Of a stretch of 64,000 bases of DNA, positions 26,907-36,030 are shown one piece after another; position 1 is the stretch's first letter; each line of letters opens with the position of its first letter. The position numbers and the translations under genes are program-made. The stretch covers positions 110,080 through 174,079 of the forward strand of contig JAHPZE010000006.1 in NCBI GenBank assembly GCA_019058365.1. Direction: 5' to 3'. This DNA is from Promethearchaeota archaeon. GTDB taxonomy: Archaea > Asgardarchaeota > Lokiarchaeia > Sigyniarchaeales > SOKP01. The notes beneath the pieces were generated by a model. That model was given only the letters and a program-made list of their open reading frames with translations, did no database searches and was not told the origin of the DNA.

Positions 26907-28256
26907 ATGGTTCACATGTTTATTAAAGAAGAAATAAAAACTTTTCAAGAAAATAGACCTCAAACAAGAGAAATATGGCAAAAAGCCCTTAAAGTTTTAC
27001 CAGGGGGGATTTCTCATAATATTCGCACATTTGGTCTTCCATTAATTGGAGCCTTTCCAGTCTTCATTAATTCTGCGTTTGGCCCTTATCTTATAGATAT
27101 TGATGGTATTAAATATATCGACTGTTGGAATGGTCACTTTGCTATGATTCTTGGTCATAATCCTCCTAAAGTTCAAGAAGTTCTAAAAGAGTATATAAGC
27201 TATGGGTGGCATTTTGGAACAAATACTGAACACCAAGTTAAATTAGCAGAATGTGTTGTTAAAAATAATCCTGGCATCGAAAAGATAAGATTTTGTACAA
27301 GTGGGACAGAAGCTACTATGTATGCTACAAGATTAGCACGAGCTTTTACTAAGAAAAGGCTTGTAGCTAAGGCAGGATTAGGATGGCATGGAGCTAATGA
27401 TACACTTTATTATGCGGTAGGAAGTTTAAATAGCAACCTTTTTTCCCCTGGACTTTCAACACCAAAAGACGCGGGAATATTAACTTTCGAAATCAATAGT
27501 GAAGATATATTTGATTTAATAAAAATAAATAAAGATGATTTAGCTGCTGTAATTTTAGAACCTATTTTAGGAGGTGGTGGGGGATTTCCAGCTAAAATTG
27601 AGTTTTTAAAAAGATTACGAGAAGAAACTGAACACTACGATATACTTTTAATTTTTGATGAAGTCATTACTGGGTACCGTTTTACCAATGCTTTATTTCA
27701 AACTGCAATAAAAGTAATACCAGATTTAACTACGATGGGAAAAATTATCGGTGGTGGGATGCCAATAGGAGCTATAGGTGGAAAAAGAGAAATCATTGAT
27801 CGTTCTAGCCCAGAAGCAGAGAATCAAGTGTTAATTGGAGGAGGTACTTTTTCTGGATACCCCTTGAGTATGATAGCAGGATTAAAAACCATAGAGATAT
27901 TAAATCAGTCTCAACAAGAATATCTTCGAATAAATAAAGAAGGAAATGCATTATTAACTAATCTAAATCGATTTTTTAGTGAAGAAAGATTGCCACTTAT
28001 CGCCAAAGGATATAAATCAATAATTATGCTTCACGCACTTACAAAATGGATTGAACAACCTTCACTACGAGAAATAATTGAATTTAAGGATAAAAAGCGA
28101 GAAGCTTTACTTCAATTATCGCTTTTCAATAGGAATATTTCGGGTTTACATGGTTTGGGTTCTATTTCTATGGCACATACTCATGAACATATTAAGAAAA
28201 TACAAGAAGTAGTGGAAGAGATAGCACATCCAGTCTCTCAAACAAATCTAAGTTGA
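26907..28256 (+). CDS. Class-III PLP aminotransferase, glutamate-1-semialdehyde 2,1-aminomutase-like
   Basis: 449 aa. CTSGTEATM, IFDEVITGYRF and TMGKIIGGGMPIGAIGG (PLP lysine) match HemL-family motifs. True substrate is unknown. Confidence 0.75.
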   Translation: MVHMFIKEEIKTFQENRPQTREIWQKALKVLPGGISHNIRTFGLPLIGAFPVFINSAFGPYLIDIDGIKYIDCWNGHFAMILGHNPPKVQEVLKEYISYGWHFGTNTEHQVKLAECVVKNNPGIEKIRFCTSGTEATMYATRLARAFTKKRLVAKAGLGWHGANDTLYYAVGSLNSNLFSPGLSTPKDAGILTFEINSEDIFDLIKINKDDLAAVILEPILGGGGGFPAKIEFLKRLREETEHYDILLIFDEVITGYRFTNALFQTAIKVIPDLTTMGKIIGGGMPIGAIGGKREIIDRSSPEAENQVLIGGGTFSGYPLSMIAGLKTIEILNQSQQEYLRINKEGNALLTNLNRFFSEERLPLIAKGYKSIIMLHALTKWIEQPSLREIIEFKDKKREALLQLSLFNRNISGLHGLGSISMAHTHEHIKKIQEVVEEIAHPVSQTNLS

Positions 28257-28332
28257 AATTTTAAAAAAAAAAAAGTTAAAGTAAAATTCTAAAATTTGTT
28301 TTGTATTAGAATTCTTTGGAAAGTGAAGGGTT

Positions 28333-29364
28333 ATGAGTAAGAAATTTAATGTAATACAAGTGGGATTAGGACCAATGGGGAAATTAATAACAAACCTCCT
28401 TCTTAAACGAAAAAATATTAATCTAATTGGAGCAGTCGATATTAATCCACAACTTGTAGGTAAACATTTGATTGAAGTACTTGATGTTGATGATAAATCT
28501 GAGATTGTTATTCAATCTAATTTAGAAAGTGTGTTTTCCCAAGAAAAAGTTGATGTTGTTATTATTGCTACTTCTTCTTCGTTAGAAAAAGTTGCTCCCA
28601 CAATTAAGCAAGCAGTTAAATCGGGAAGCAATGTTATTTCAATTTGTGAGGAATTATCTTATCCTTTCCAAAATTATCCAATACTTTCTAAAGAATTAGA
28701 TCAAATAGCAAAAACTCATAATGTCTCTATTGTTGGGACGGGAATTAATCCCGGTTATCTAATGGATTTATTGCCAATTGCTATTACTGCACCATGTCAA
28801 GAAATAAAGTTAATTAAAGTAACGAGAATGATGAATTCAGCAAAAAGAAGAGAACCTTTCCAACGTAAAATAGGGACTGGGTTAACAATTGAAGAATTTC
28901 ATCAAAAATTAAGCCAAAAAGAAATTACTGGTCATGTAGGCTTAACGCAATCTATCCAAATGATTGTAGCAGCTTTAGGTCTCGAATATGATGAACTCAT
29001 TGAATTCCCTCCTAAAGAAGTAATTACTGAAAAAGAATTTACGACATCTTATGATGAGCAAGTAAAAAAAGGGTATGTTTGTGGTCTACAGAGTAAAGCT
29101 GTAGCTAAAAACAAAGGTAAGGATATTATTTTTTTAGATTTTATAGCTTATGCAGGAAAACATGAAGAATTTGATAGTATAGAAATAGAAGGTATTCCAA
29201 ACATACATCAAAAAATAATTGGGGGTGTTCATGGCGATATAGGAACTGCTGCTATGGTTGTTAATTTAATTCCTAAAATAATGCATGCTAAACCGGGCTT
29301 ATTAACAATGAAGGATCTCCCAGTACCCTGCTACACCAAAAATTTATGGAAAAATTCGGATTGA
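28333..29364 (+). CDS. DapB-like NAD(P)-dependent amine dehydrogenase family protein (2,4-diaminopentanoate dehydrogenase-like)
   Basis: 343 aa. N-terminal Rossmann segment VIQVGLGPMGKLI...LIGAVD and VGTGINPG. Length and layout match my recollection of the Ord/native amine dehydrogenase family. Confidence 0.55.
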   Translation: MSKKFNVIQVGLGPMGKLITNLLLKRKNINLIGAVDINPQLVGKHLIEVLDVDDKSEIVIQSNLESVFSQEKVDVVIIATSSSLEKVAPTIKQAVKSGSNVISICEELSYPFQNYPILSKELDQIAKTHNVSIVGTGINPGYLMDLLPIAITAPCQEIKLIKVTRMMNSAKRREPFQRKIGTGLTIEEFHQKLSQKEITGHVGLTQSIQMIVAALGLEYDELIEFPPKEVITEKEFTTSYDEQVKKGYVCGLQSKAVAKNKGKDIIFLDFIAYAGKHEEFDSIEIEGIPNIHQKIIGGVHGDIGTAAMVVNLIPKIMHAKPGLLTMKDLPVPCYTKNLWKNSD

Positions 29365-29760
29365 CTTTTATATTATCCAAAGTTAACTAAATTTATTGTC
29401 AAAAAATAAAAAAAAATATTTAGTATTAATATTTAAGGCTTAATCTATTCCCCAGAGGATTTCTTTTTTATTTTTTTCTTAATTAATAGAGATTATGTAT
29501 AGGGTTTCATTAATAGTTTCAATAGTCAAAGGCTCACTGTAGTTTCGAATTACTATGGGAATACTTGTTGATAAATAGGAATAAATAGATTTATTATCGA
29601 CATTGATTATACGTAGTATGATAAATTCAGTTCTGATAATCAATTACTTACATTTTTATCAATAGTTAACATAGACTTTTTAGTAAACAATATAAGAAAT
29701 CATTGTATATTTTTTAGTTAGAATATCAATTGTATATTTATCATTAAGATGGCGAAATAA

Positions 29761-32700
29761 ATGAGAAATAGAAAAAATTTTACTGTTATAATATTATTAT
29801 TGTTATTTCTTCAAACTTTTATTGGAATAATACCCCTTAATTTTCTTAATTTTAATGATAAAGAGAGAAATGAAACTCAAAAGATTGATCTTAAATATTC
29901 AGATATTATAATTGGAAACTACACAGTTCCAGGAGTTTCAAGTCCAGTTTCCCTAAATCACTTAATTAGAATAGGATTGCTAGATGATATGAATGATATT
30001 ACTGGCGATCACGCTTGGAAAGGAGCATTATTAGCTGCTAAACACATTAACGAGGCTGGTGGTATTGATATTTATGGGAATGGTACAAATCATTATATAG
30101 GTTTGACTGCTGAGGATACAGATGAAGCTAACATAGCTATGGATGTATCAAAGGGAGTAGCTGCTGCAAATAGAATGATAACATATAATAATCCCCATTT
30201 TATTATAGGAGGATATAGAGAAGAAGCTGTGTCAGCTTATCAGGAAGTTATAATGGATGCTCAAATCCCTTTTTTAAGTACTGGAGTTTCAACTGATATT
30301 TTCACTCAAAATGTCTTGAATGATTATGAACGCTATAAATATTTCTTTCGAATCATGCCAATGAATAGTACCTCACTTGGTACAGTACTTATTTATTATT
30401 TAGGTTTTCTTTGTACCAATTTAGGTGCAATTTATGGTGGCACATTGAATAAAGTAGCTATTTTTCGAGAAGATTTACCTTGGACAGAACCATTAAGTAA
30501 TGCTCTTAATTTAACTTTAGGAGCTTGGGGGATAACTGTTGTACAAGAAATCGCCTTTCCCATAACTGCAACTTCAACAGATTTTAATACCTATTGGAAT
30601 ATGATTGAAAGTGCGGGTGTTCAATTAACAATTCCGTTGGTAACGGAGGGTTCTGGTGCAATTAAAATGATACAACAATATAGGGCGGTAAAACCAAAAT
30701 GTCTCTTAGCAGGTATTAATCTACTTTCCCAATTAGATACTTATTGGGATTATACTGAAGGTGCATGTCAATATGAAATTACAATGCAAGCTATCCATAG
30801 AACCAATAAAACTTTCATGACAATCCCGTTCTGGGATAGTTTTGTTTCAGAATATAATATGGAGCCATTTTATACTGGAGTTGGATCCTATGATGCGATA
30901 CAATTATTAGCAGATGTTTGTGATGCGATAAATTCATTTAATTCAACTAACATTATTACAGCATTAGAGGGATTTAATAAAACTAACCCTTATGTAGGTA
31001 TTAGTGCTCAAATAGCCTTTACTAGTTCTCACGATTTGTTGGCAGGATATCCTTATGCTTCTACTCTTTTTACTCAATGGCAATTGGATGGAAAAAAAGT
31101 CACCATTCCTTCATTTGTCCCTTCAATCTACTCTGGATATTATCCAAGTTCTCTTTCCACAGGTCAAATTTCAATTCCGTACTGGGGCATTAATAATCTT
31201 GTAGCAGCACAGGACTTACCGGGAGATTTCATTCTAAATGATACTGCTGACTTCCAAGATAGGGATGGTAACTTTAATTTGACTTGGACGAACTCTACTG
31301 GTGCCGATAATTATTCTGTATACATGCATGACAAGTCTATTACTTACATAAACGATAACCTTGAACTATTAGCTGATCATAATGCACATTCTTCTTATCA
31401 AATTTCAGGATTAAAAACTGGAAAGTATTATTTTGTTGTAGTGGCGTATAATGGAACCGGTGAAAAATTGTCGAATAATGATGTAATAAATGTAGAACGT
31501 CCTAGGCCAGGAAATTTCACCCTAACTAGTGATGCTGGTAACCCAGATACCGATGGTTCTTTTAATTTGACTTGGACTGATTCAGAAGGAGTAGATAATT
31601 ATTCTATATTTACTTATAATCATTTCATTACTGAGATTAATGAAAGTGTCACTATCCTTGCAAATCAAACAGCAACCTCACCCTTTCCAATCACAGGGTT
31701 ATCAAGCGGAAATTATTATTTCGTAGTTATAGCATACAATGCAACTGGAGAAACGATATCCAATAACGTTAATGTAACAGTAAAGATACCTCCGGGACAA
31801 TTTACATTATCTTCAGATGCTTATACTCCTTTTGATACCGATGGAGCTTTTAACCTTACTTGGACAGAGTCAACTGTGGCTGATAATTATTCTGTTTATC
31901 AGTATTCCCGATATATTACCGTTATAAATGACAGTCTCATTCCTCTTGAGATCGCAACAAGTAATACATCATTCCAGATTACTTATTTGCCAAGTGGAAC
32001 TTATTATTTTATTGTTATGGCAAATAACAGTTATGGCTATAATCTTTCGAATTGTATTAATATAACTATTCAAATTTATGATGAATTAAGTGGTTATTGG
32101 ATATTAAACCCATTTCTTATTGATAATACTGGTGTTGGTGATTATACTTGGTTGGAAGTTGCAGCCTTACCATGGTGTAGTGGTTCTGGAACATCAGTTG
32201 CCCCTTATATAATAGAAGCTATTAAAATTAATGGGCAAAATTCTGGTAGTTGTATTATAGTTCGAAACTCTAGTGTTTACTTTAAATTAAGAAATTGCTC
32301 ATGTTATAATTCTGGTAATGCCCTAAATGACGCGGGAATTAAATTAATTAATTTAACAAATGGAATTCTAAAATATATTAATTGTTCTTTTAACGATGGA
32401 AATGGAATTCTTTTAGACCTATGTCAAAATGTAACCATAACGAGTAGCACTGTTAATAATAATAGTCTAAACGGCATTAAGTTAATAGATAGTGATTACA
32501 TAAATATTTCGGATAACATGGATACAATTAATTGGAATAGCGAGTATGGCATTTCTTTAGAACATAGCGATTATAATGAGATTAGGGGAAATATGATAAA
32601 TTATAATACAATTGGAGTTTACCTTTATGAATCTAACTATAATACTATAACAGATAATGATTTAACAAATAATGATCAACCCTATGAACAAGTAGGTAGT

Positions 32701-33570
32701 ATTGGAAATATTATTCATAGTAATCTTGGTGTATCGGAGGAAACACCATTTCCTTTTGATATTTTAATTATCGTTCTGATAATTGGATTAGTAGTTGTTG
32801 GAGTTGTAGGTGCTGTATTAATAGTAAAGAAGAGAACTTCTACATCCGGATTGAAGAAAAAAGAAATAAGTGAGAAAAAAAGACTAAAAATAAGAAGAAA
32901 ACTTGAAGCAAAATTAATTTTTGTTGATGATCTCATAAAGGAGAGAAATATAAAATCGGCTTATAAAAATTTAGGTAAAATACAAGATACAGCTGATCAA
33001 TATGAATTCTTTGGTATATTTAATGAAGCAACGGAAAAAATTGAATATTGTAAGGATATTCAACAAGGAATTTATGAAGAAGCTAAGAGGGAGTCTGTAA
33101 TTACTCCTTTAGTATCAGAAAGCTTTGAAAAAGAAACTCAGATCGCACCCGTATCAAAAAAAGTAGAAGAACCAACGCACAATATCTTTATAAGTTATTC
33201 TACTTTAGACGCAGAATATTTTCAAATAAATAAAATTGTGAAAAAGCTTAAAAAATATCCTGAAATTGAGAACGTCCTATACTGGGAAAGGGATAGTAAA
33301 GAAAATATAGTTGAATTTATGGATAGAACTCTGAAAGAAAGTGATGTTTTTATCCTCTTTTGCAGTGAAAGATCGCTGAATTCTGCAGCTGTAAGTGATG
33401 AGTGGCAGGCAGCGTTTCAACGTAGAAAAAAAGGGTTAATTAAAATGATTCCTGTTTATGAAGATGAAAAATATGTTCCCCCAATTTTAGGCCATTTATT
33501 AAATGTGAAGTATACAAAAGATGATTTTGATAGTTTTATTGAGAAACTTCATCGAGAAATCTTGAGATGA
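29761..33570 (+). CDS. Single-pass membrane receptor-like protein: signal anchor, PBP1/ANF-receptor-like ligand-binding domain, 3 FN3-like repeats, parallel beta-helix repeats, TM, helical module, cytoplasmic TIR domain
   Basis: 1269 aa. LivK/ANF-receptor pattern (IRIGLLDDM..G..AWKGALLAAKHINEAGGI..., FIIGGY, YFFRIMP). Three ~95-aa repeats. PbH1-like NxIxxN repeats. TM DILIIVLIIGLVVVGVVGAVLIV, then KKR. TIR-like HNIFISYS...DVFILFCSERSLNSAAVSDEWQAAF. Many N-x-S/T sequons in the ectodomain. Confidence 0.75.
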   Translation: MRNRKNFTVIILLLLFLQTFIGIIPLNFLNFNDKERNETQKIDLKYSDIIIGNYTVPGVSSPVSLNHLIRIGLLDDMNDITGDHAWKGALLAAKHINEAGGIDIYGNGTNHYIGLTAEDTDEANIAMDVSKGVAAANRMITYNNPHFIIGGYREEAVSAYQEVIMDAQIPFLSTGVSTDIFTQNVLNDYERYKYFFRIMPMNSTSLGTVLIYYLGFLCTNLGAIYGGTLNKVAIFREDLPWTEPLSNALNLTLGAWGITVVQEIAFPITATSTDFNTYWNMIESAGVQLTIPLVTEGSGAIKMIQQYRAVKPKCLLAGINLLSQLDTYWDYTEGACQYEITMQAIHRTNKTFMTIPFWDSFVSEYNMEPFYTGVGSYDAIQLLADVCDAINSFNSTNIITALEGFNKTNPYVGISAQIAFTSSHDLLAGYPYASTLFTQWQLDGKKVTIPSFVPSIYSGYYPSSLSTGQISIPYWGINNLVAAQDLPGDFILNDTADFQDRDGNFNLTWTNSTGADNYSVYMHDKSITYINDNLELLADHNAHSSYQISGLKTGKYYFVVVAYNGTGEKLSNNDVINVERPRPGNFTLTSDAGNPDTDGSFNLTWTDSEGVDNYSIFTYNHFITEINESVTILANQTATSPFPITGLSSGNYYFVVIAYNATGETISNNVNVTVKIPPGQFTLSSDAYTPFDTDGAFNLTWTESTVADNYSVYQYSRYITVINDSLIPLEIATSNTSFQITYLPSGTYYFIVMANNSYGYNLSNCINITIQIYDELSGYWILNPFLIDNTGVGDYTWLEVAALPWCSGSGTSVAPYIIEAIKINGQNSGSCIIVRNSSVYFKLRNCSCYNSGNALNDAGIKLINLTNGILKYINCSFNDGNGILLDLCQNVTITSSTVNNNSLNGIKLIDSDYINISDNMDTINWNSEYGISLEHSDYNEIRGNMINYNTIGVYLYESNYNTITDNDLTNNDQPYEQVGSIGNIIHSNLGVSEETPFPFDILIIVLIIGLVVVGVVGAVLIVKKRTSTSGLKKKEISEKKRLKIRRKLEAKLIFVDDLIKERNIKSAYKNLGKIQDTADQYEFFGIFNEATEKIEYCKDIQQGIYEEAKRESVITPLVSESFEKETQIAPVSKKVEEPTHNIFISYSTLDAEYFQINKIVKKLKKYPEIENVLYWERDSKENIVEFMDRTLKESDVFILFCSERSLNSAAVSDEWQAAFQRRKKGLIKMIPVYEDEKYVPPILGHLLNVKYTKDDFDSFIEKLHREILR
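31219..32076 (+). repeat. Three tandem coding repeats (288, 285, 285 nt), FN3/Ig-like modules
   Basis: Units start at 31219, 31507 and 31792. Shared pattern: PG.F.L..DA...D.DG.FNLTWT.S...DNYS.Y......I.....GLxxGxYYFVV.AYN..G...SN. Confidence 0.85.
33178..33567 (+). other. TIR-like domain (cytoplasmic C-terminus of the 1269-aa protein)
   Basis: IFISYS (beta-A), ENIVEFMDRTLKESDVFILFCSERSLNSAAVSDEWQAAF, with a conserved-position Glu in the S..V..EW context, then MIPVY. Fits the prokaryotic TIR_2 pattern. Confidence 0.65.
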
Positions 33571-33642
33571 CTCTTATTAATTATCAACGAAGCTAATTTC
33601 TCTAAAATCTCAATTTGAATTTAAAATATGAAAAAAATTGAA

Positions 33643-34599
33643 TTAAATTGCAGCATTAATTGGAAAGTATAGCACGATTGATAAAAGTGCCGCCATTGGA
33701 AATGTTAAAAACCAGATTAACACTATTTTCCACATACCTTTTTTAGTAGGAGTATAACTTGCTTTAGATAAACCTACTAAAGAAGCCACTAACATATGCG
33801 ATCCTGATAAAGGAATTCCTAATGCAGTACCAACAAATAATATTGCTGCTGTAGGAATTTGTGCTGCAAAAGCGGTGCTTGGATACAACTCTGTAATTCT
33901 TCCAACGCTTTTTATGACACTTCGACCTAAAACTATTAATCCTCCCGCTAAACTGAATCCCGTTATTAAAAGAAGAAGATTTATTTGTATATCTCCAATA
34001 CCCACAACAATTCCCACCGCATTTGAACAATCATTTCCTGATCTTGAGAATGCAGTGATACAAATAACTATTAGAACTATATAAGTGAAAGTTTTTTCGG
34101 TTTTTTCTAAACTCTGAAATCCATTTAAGTGTTTAACTTTGTATTTACGCATAAGTTTAAAAACAAAAAATGAGACAATATACCCAATAATCGGAGATAA
34201 AACCCACCAAATACTCAATTCAATAATTTTTAGCCAATCAAGACTAGCATTAAGAGCTATTCCAAGACCTATAACCGCTCCGATAGTTGCATGAGTAGTT
34301 GAGATCGGTAATCCCAAAGCAGATGATAATATTAACCAAATAGCAGTAGATAATAAAATTGTTATTACAATTGCATTATTAAGATCAGCCAAAATGCCTT
34401 TACCTATAGTCTTGCTTACAGCTTCACCTAATATAAGTGCTCCTGTTATTGCGAAAATTGTAGCTAAAATCAGAATACGTTTCATATTTAGAATTCTTGA
34501 ACCATAGATTCCAGCAAATGTTTCATCATTTCCACCAATTCCAAACGCGATTATTATCGCTATGAATAAAAAAATTGCTAATATTGCGGAAAAAGCCAT
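33643..34599 (-). CDS. pit: Inorganic phosphate transporter, PiT (PHO4) family
   Basis: 318 aa polytopic. Two GxND-type signatures (GIGGNDETFA, SRSGNDCSNAVG). Followed on the same strand by a DUF47 partner gene. Confidence 0.8.
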   Translation of the reverse strand: MAFSAILAIFLFIAIIIAFGIGGNDETFAGIYGSRILNMKRILILATIFAITGALILGEAVSKTIGKGILADLNNAIVITILLSTAIWLILSSALGLPISTTHATIGAVIGLGIALNASLDWLKIIELSIWWVLSPIIGYIVSFFVFKLMRKYKVKHLNGFQSLEKTEKTFTYIVLIVICITAFSRSGNDCSNAVGIVVGIGDIQINLLLLITGFSLAGGLIVLGRSVIKSVGRITELYPSTAFAAQIPTAAILFVGTALGIPLSGSHMLVASLVGLSKASYTPTKKGMWKIVLIWFLTFPMAALLSIVLYFPINAAI

Positions 34600-34614
34600 T
34601 TAAATCTCCTCTAA

Positions 34615-35271
34615 TTATTTGCTTGGATATTTCACAATCAAACTTCTTAGAAAATCACTAATTTCTTCAGCTCTTTCAATCATATCATATAATTTAATGC
34701 ATATTTTTGATATTAAATATATTTGAAGAGATTTTTCTTCTGATTTTTTATATATTACTCCTAAGATCTTAAATTTGGAATCACGACCGCTTCTCTTTAG
34801 TGTTTCTATATTGAATGATATTTCATATGCTGTTTTAAAATCTGTCTCCATAAGGTTTATCATTTCGATTAGTAATTTCACAGTTTCTTCATATGTATCA
34901 TTAAGTTTTTCCATTTCCTCCTTTATATCATCATAAAGATTAAAAGGAAAAACTAGTAAACCACGAGCAAGTTCTTCTGATCTATCAGAAATAATATCCA
35001 AATATTTAATTAATCTATATCGATCCTCAACTAAGAAAGGGAGAGACCTCTTATCTTCATAAAGAACATTAATATATTTTTCTTTTGCAACATCACCATT
35101 ATGTTCGCATTGTATAACTTCTTCTAATTTATTTTTATTCAGTTTTCCTTCGATTAAATCATTAATACATGCATGCAACAAGTCTGAACCTCTTAAAACT
35201 TGTGTACGAAATTCGTTTGCTACCTCTAATAATTTACTTTTTTTATCTTTTAATAATTTCAATCTATTCAC
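34615..35271 (-). CDS. DUF47/PhoU-like phosphate-transport regulator (PiT accessory protein)
   Basis: 218 aa, all-helical, directly upstream of and co-oriented with pit (15-nt gap). This is a conserved gene pair in prokaryotes. Confidence 0.7.
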   Translation of the reverse strand: MNRLKLLKDKKSKLLEVANEFRTQVLRGSDLLHACINDLIEGKLNKNKLEEVIQCEHNGDVAKEKYINVLYEDKRSLPFLVEDRYRLIKYLDIISDRSEELARGLLVFPFNLYDDIKEEMEKLNDTYEETVKLLIEMINLMETDFKTAYEISFNIETLKRSGRDSKFKILGVIYKKSEEKSLQIYLISKICIKLYDMIERAEEISDFLRSLIVKYPSK

Positions 35272-35433
35272 ACCAACAATTAAAAATCAAAAACTATTTT
35301 TTTTAATCTCATTTATTATTTGTTTCTTAAAAAAAATTACTTTTTTTGGGCTTGATCTCTATGTATAAGAACCGAATTAAGGTCGAGAAAAAAATTTTAT
35401 ATTATTAAATTTTCTTTATTTTAAGAAAAATAG

Positions 35434-36006
35434 TTGCTACTAATCTTGCCATTTCTTGAAATAAATTTAGAGGATATAATCTTTGATCCGAAAGTGCAAA
35501 CTTATTGTATTAGTCCTAATTTTAAATGCCCCAGTTATGGTCATTCCTGGGCTTGTCCACCTGAAGCTCCATATTTAGAATATGAGGTCTCTACATATAA
35601 AAAATTTTATCTTGTTTATATCAAATTTGATTTGAGTGCTTATATTGAAGAAATTAAATCAAAACATCCAAAAAGAAGTGAAAAAAGTATTCGAAACGTA
35701 TTCTTTATGAAAAACCTTTTACGAGATGTATTAGAGAAAGAAATTTTAAAATTTATCGAAGAAATACAAATTTTATATGAAGAAAAGCTTATCTTATGGG
35801 ATGGTTTTTGTAGAATATGTTTTAATAAGAAAGATAAAGGATGTACTTATGATGCCGGTGAACCTTGTCGTTATCCCAACAAAAAAAGATATTCTATGGA
35901 AGCTGTAGGGATCGATGTAACTCAGACTGTTAAAAATTTAGAATTTAAAATAGAATGGCCGCCTAATAATTATGTGTATCGTTTTGGTTTAGTATGTTTT
36001 AAATAA
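35434..36006 (+). CDS. DUF2284-family predicted metal-binding protein
   Basis: 190 aa. FDPKVQTYC...CPSYGHSWACPP plus a later Cys cluster CRICF...C...C. The TTG start leaves a rather short N-terminus. Confidence 0.6.
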   Translation: MLLILPFLEINLEDIIFDPKVQTYCISPNFKCPSYGHSWACPPEAPYLEYEVSTYKKFYLVYIKFDLSAYIEEIKSKHPKRSEKSIRNVFFMKNLLRDVLEKEILKFIEEIQILYEEKLILWDGFCRICFNKKDKGCTYDAGEPCRYPNKKRYSMEAVGIDVTQTVKNLEFKIEWPPNNYVYRFGLVCFK

Positions 36007-36030
36007 ATCAAAATTGAGTATAGAAAAAAA

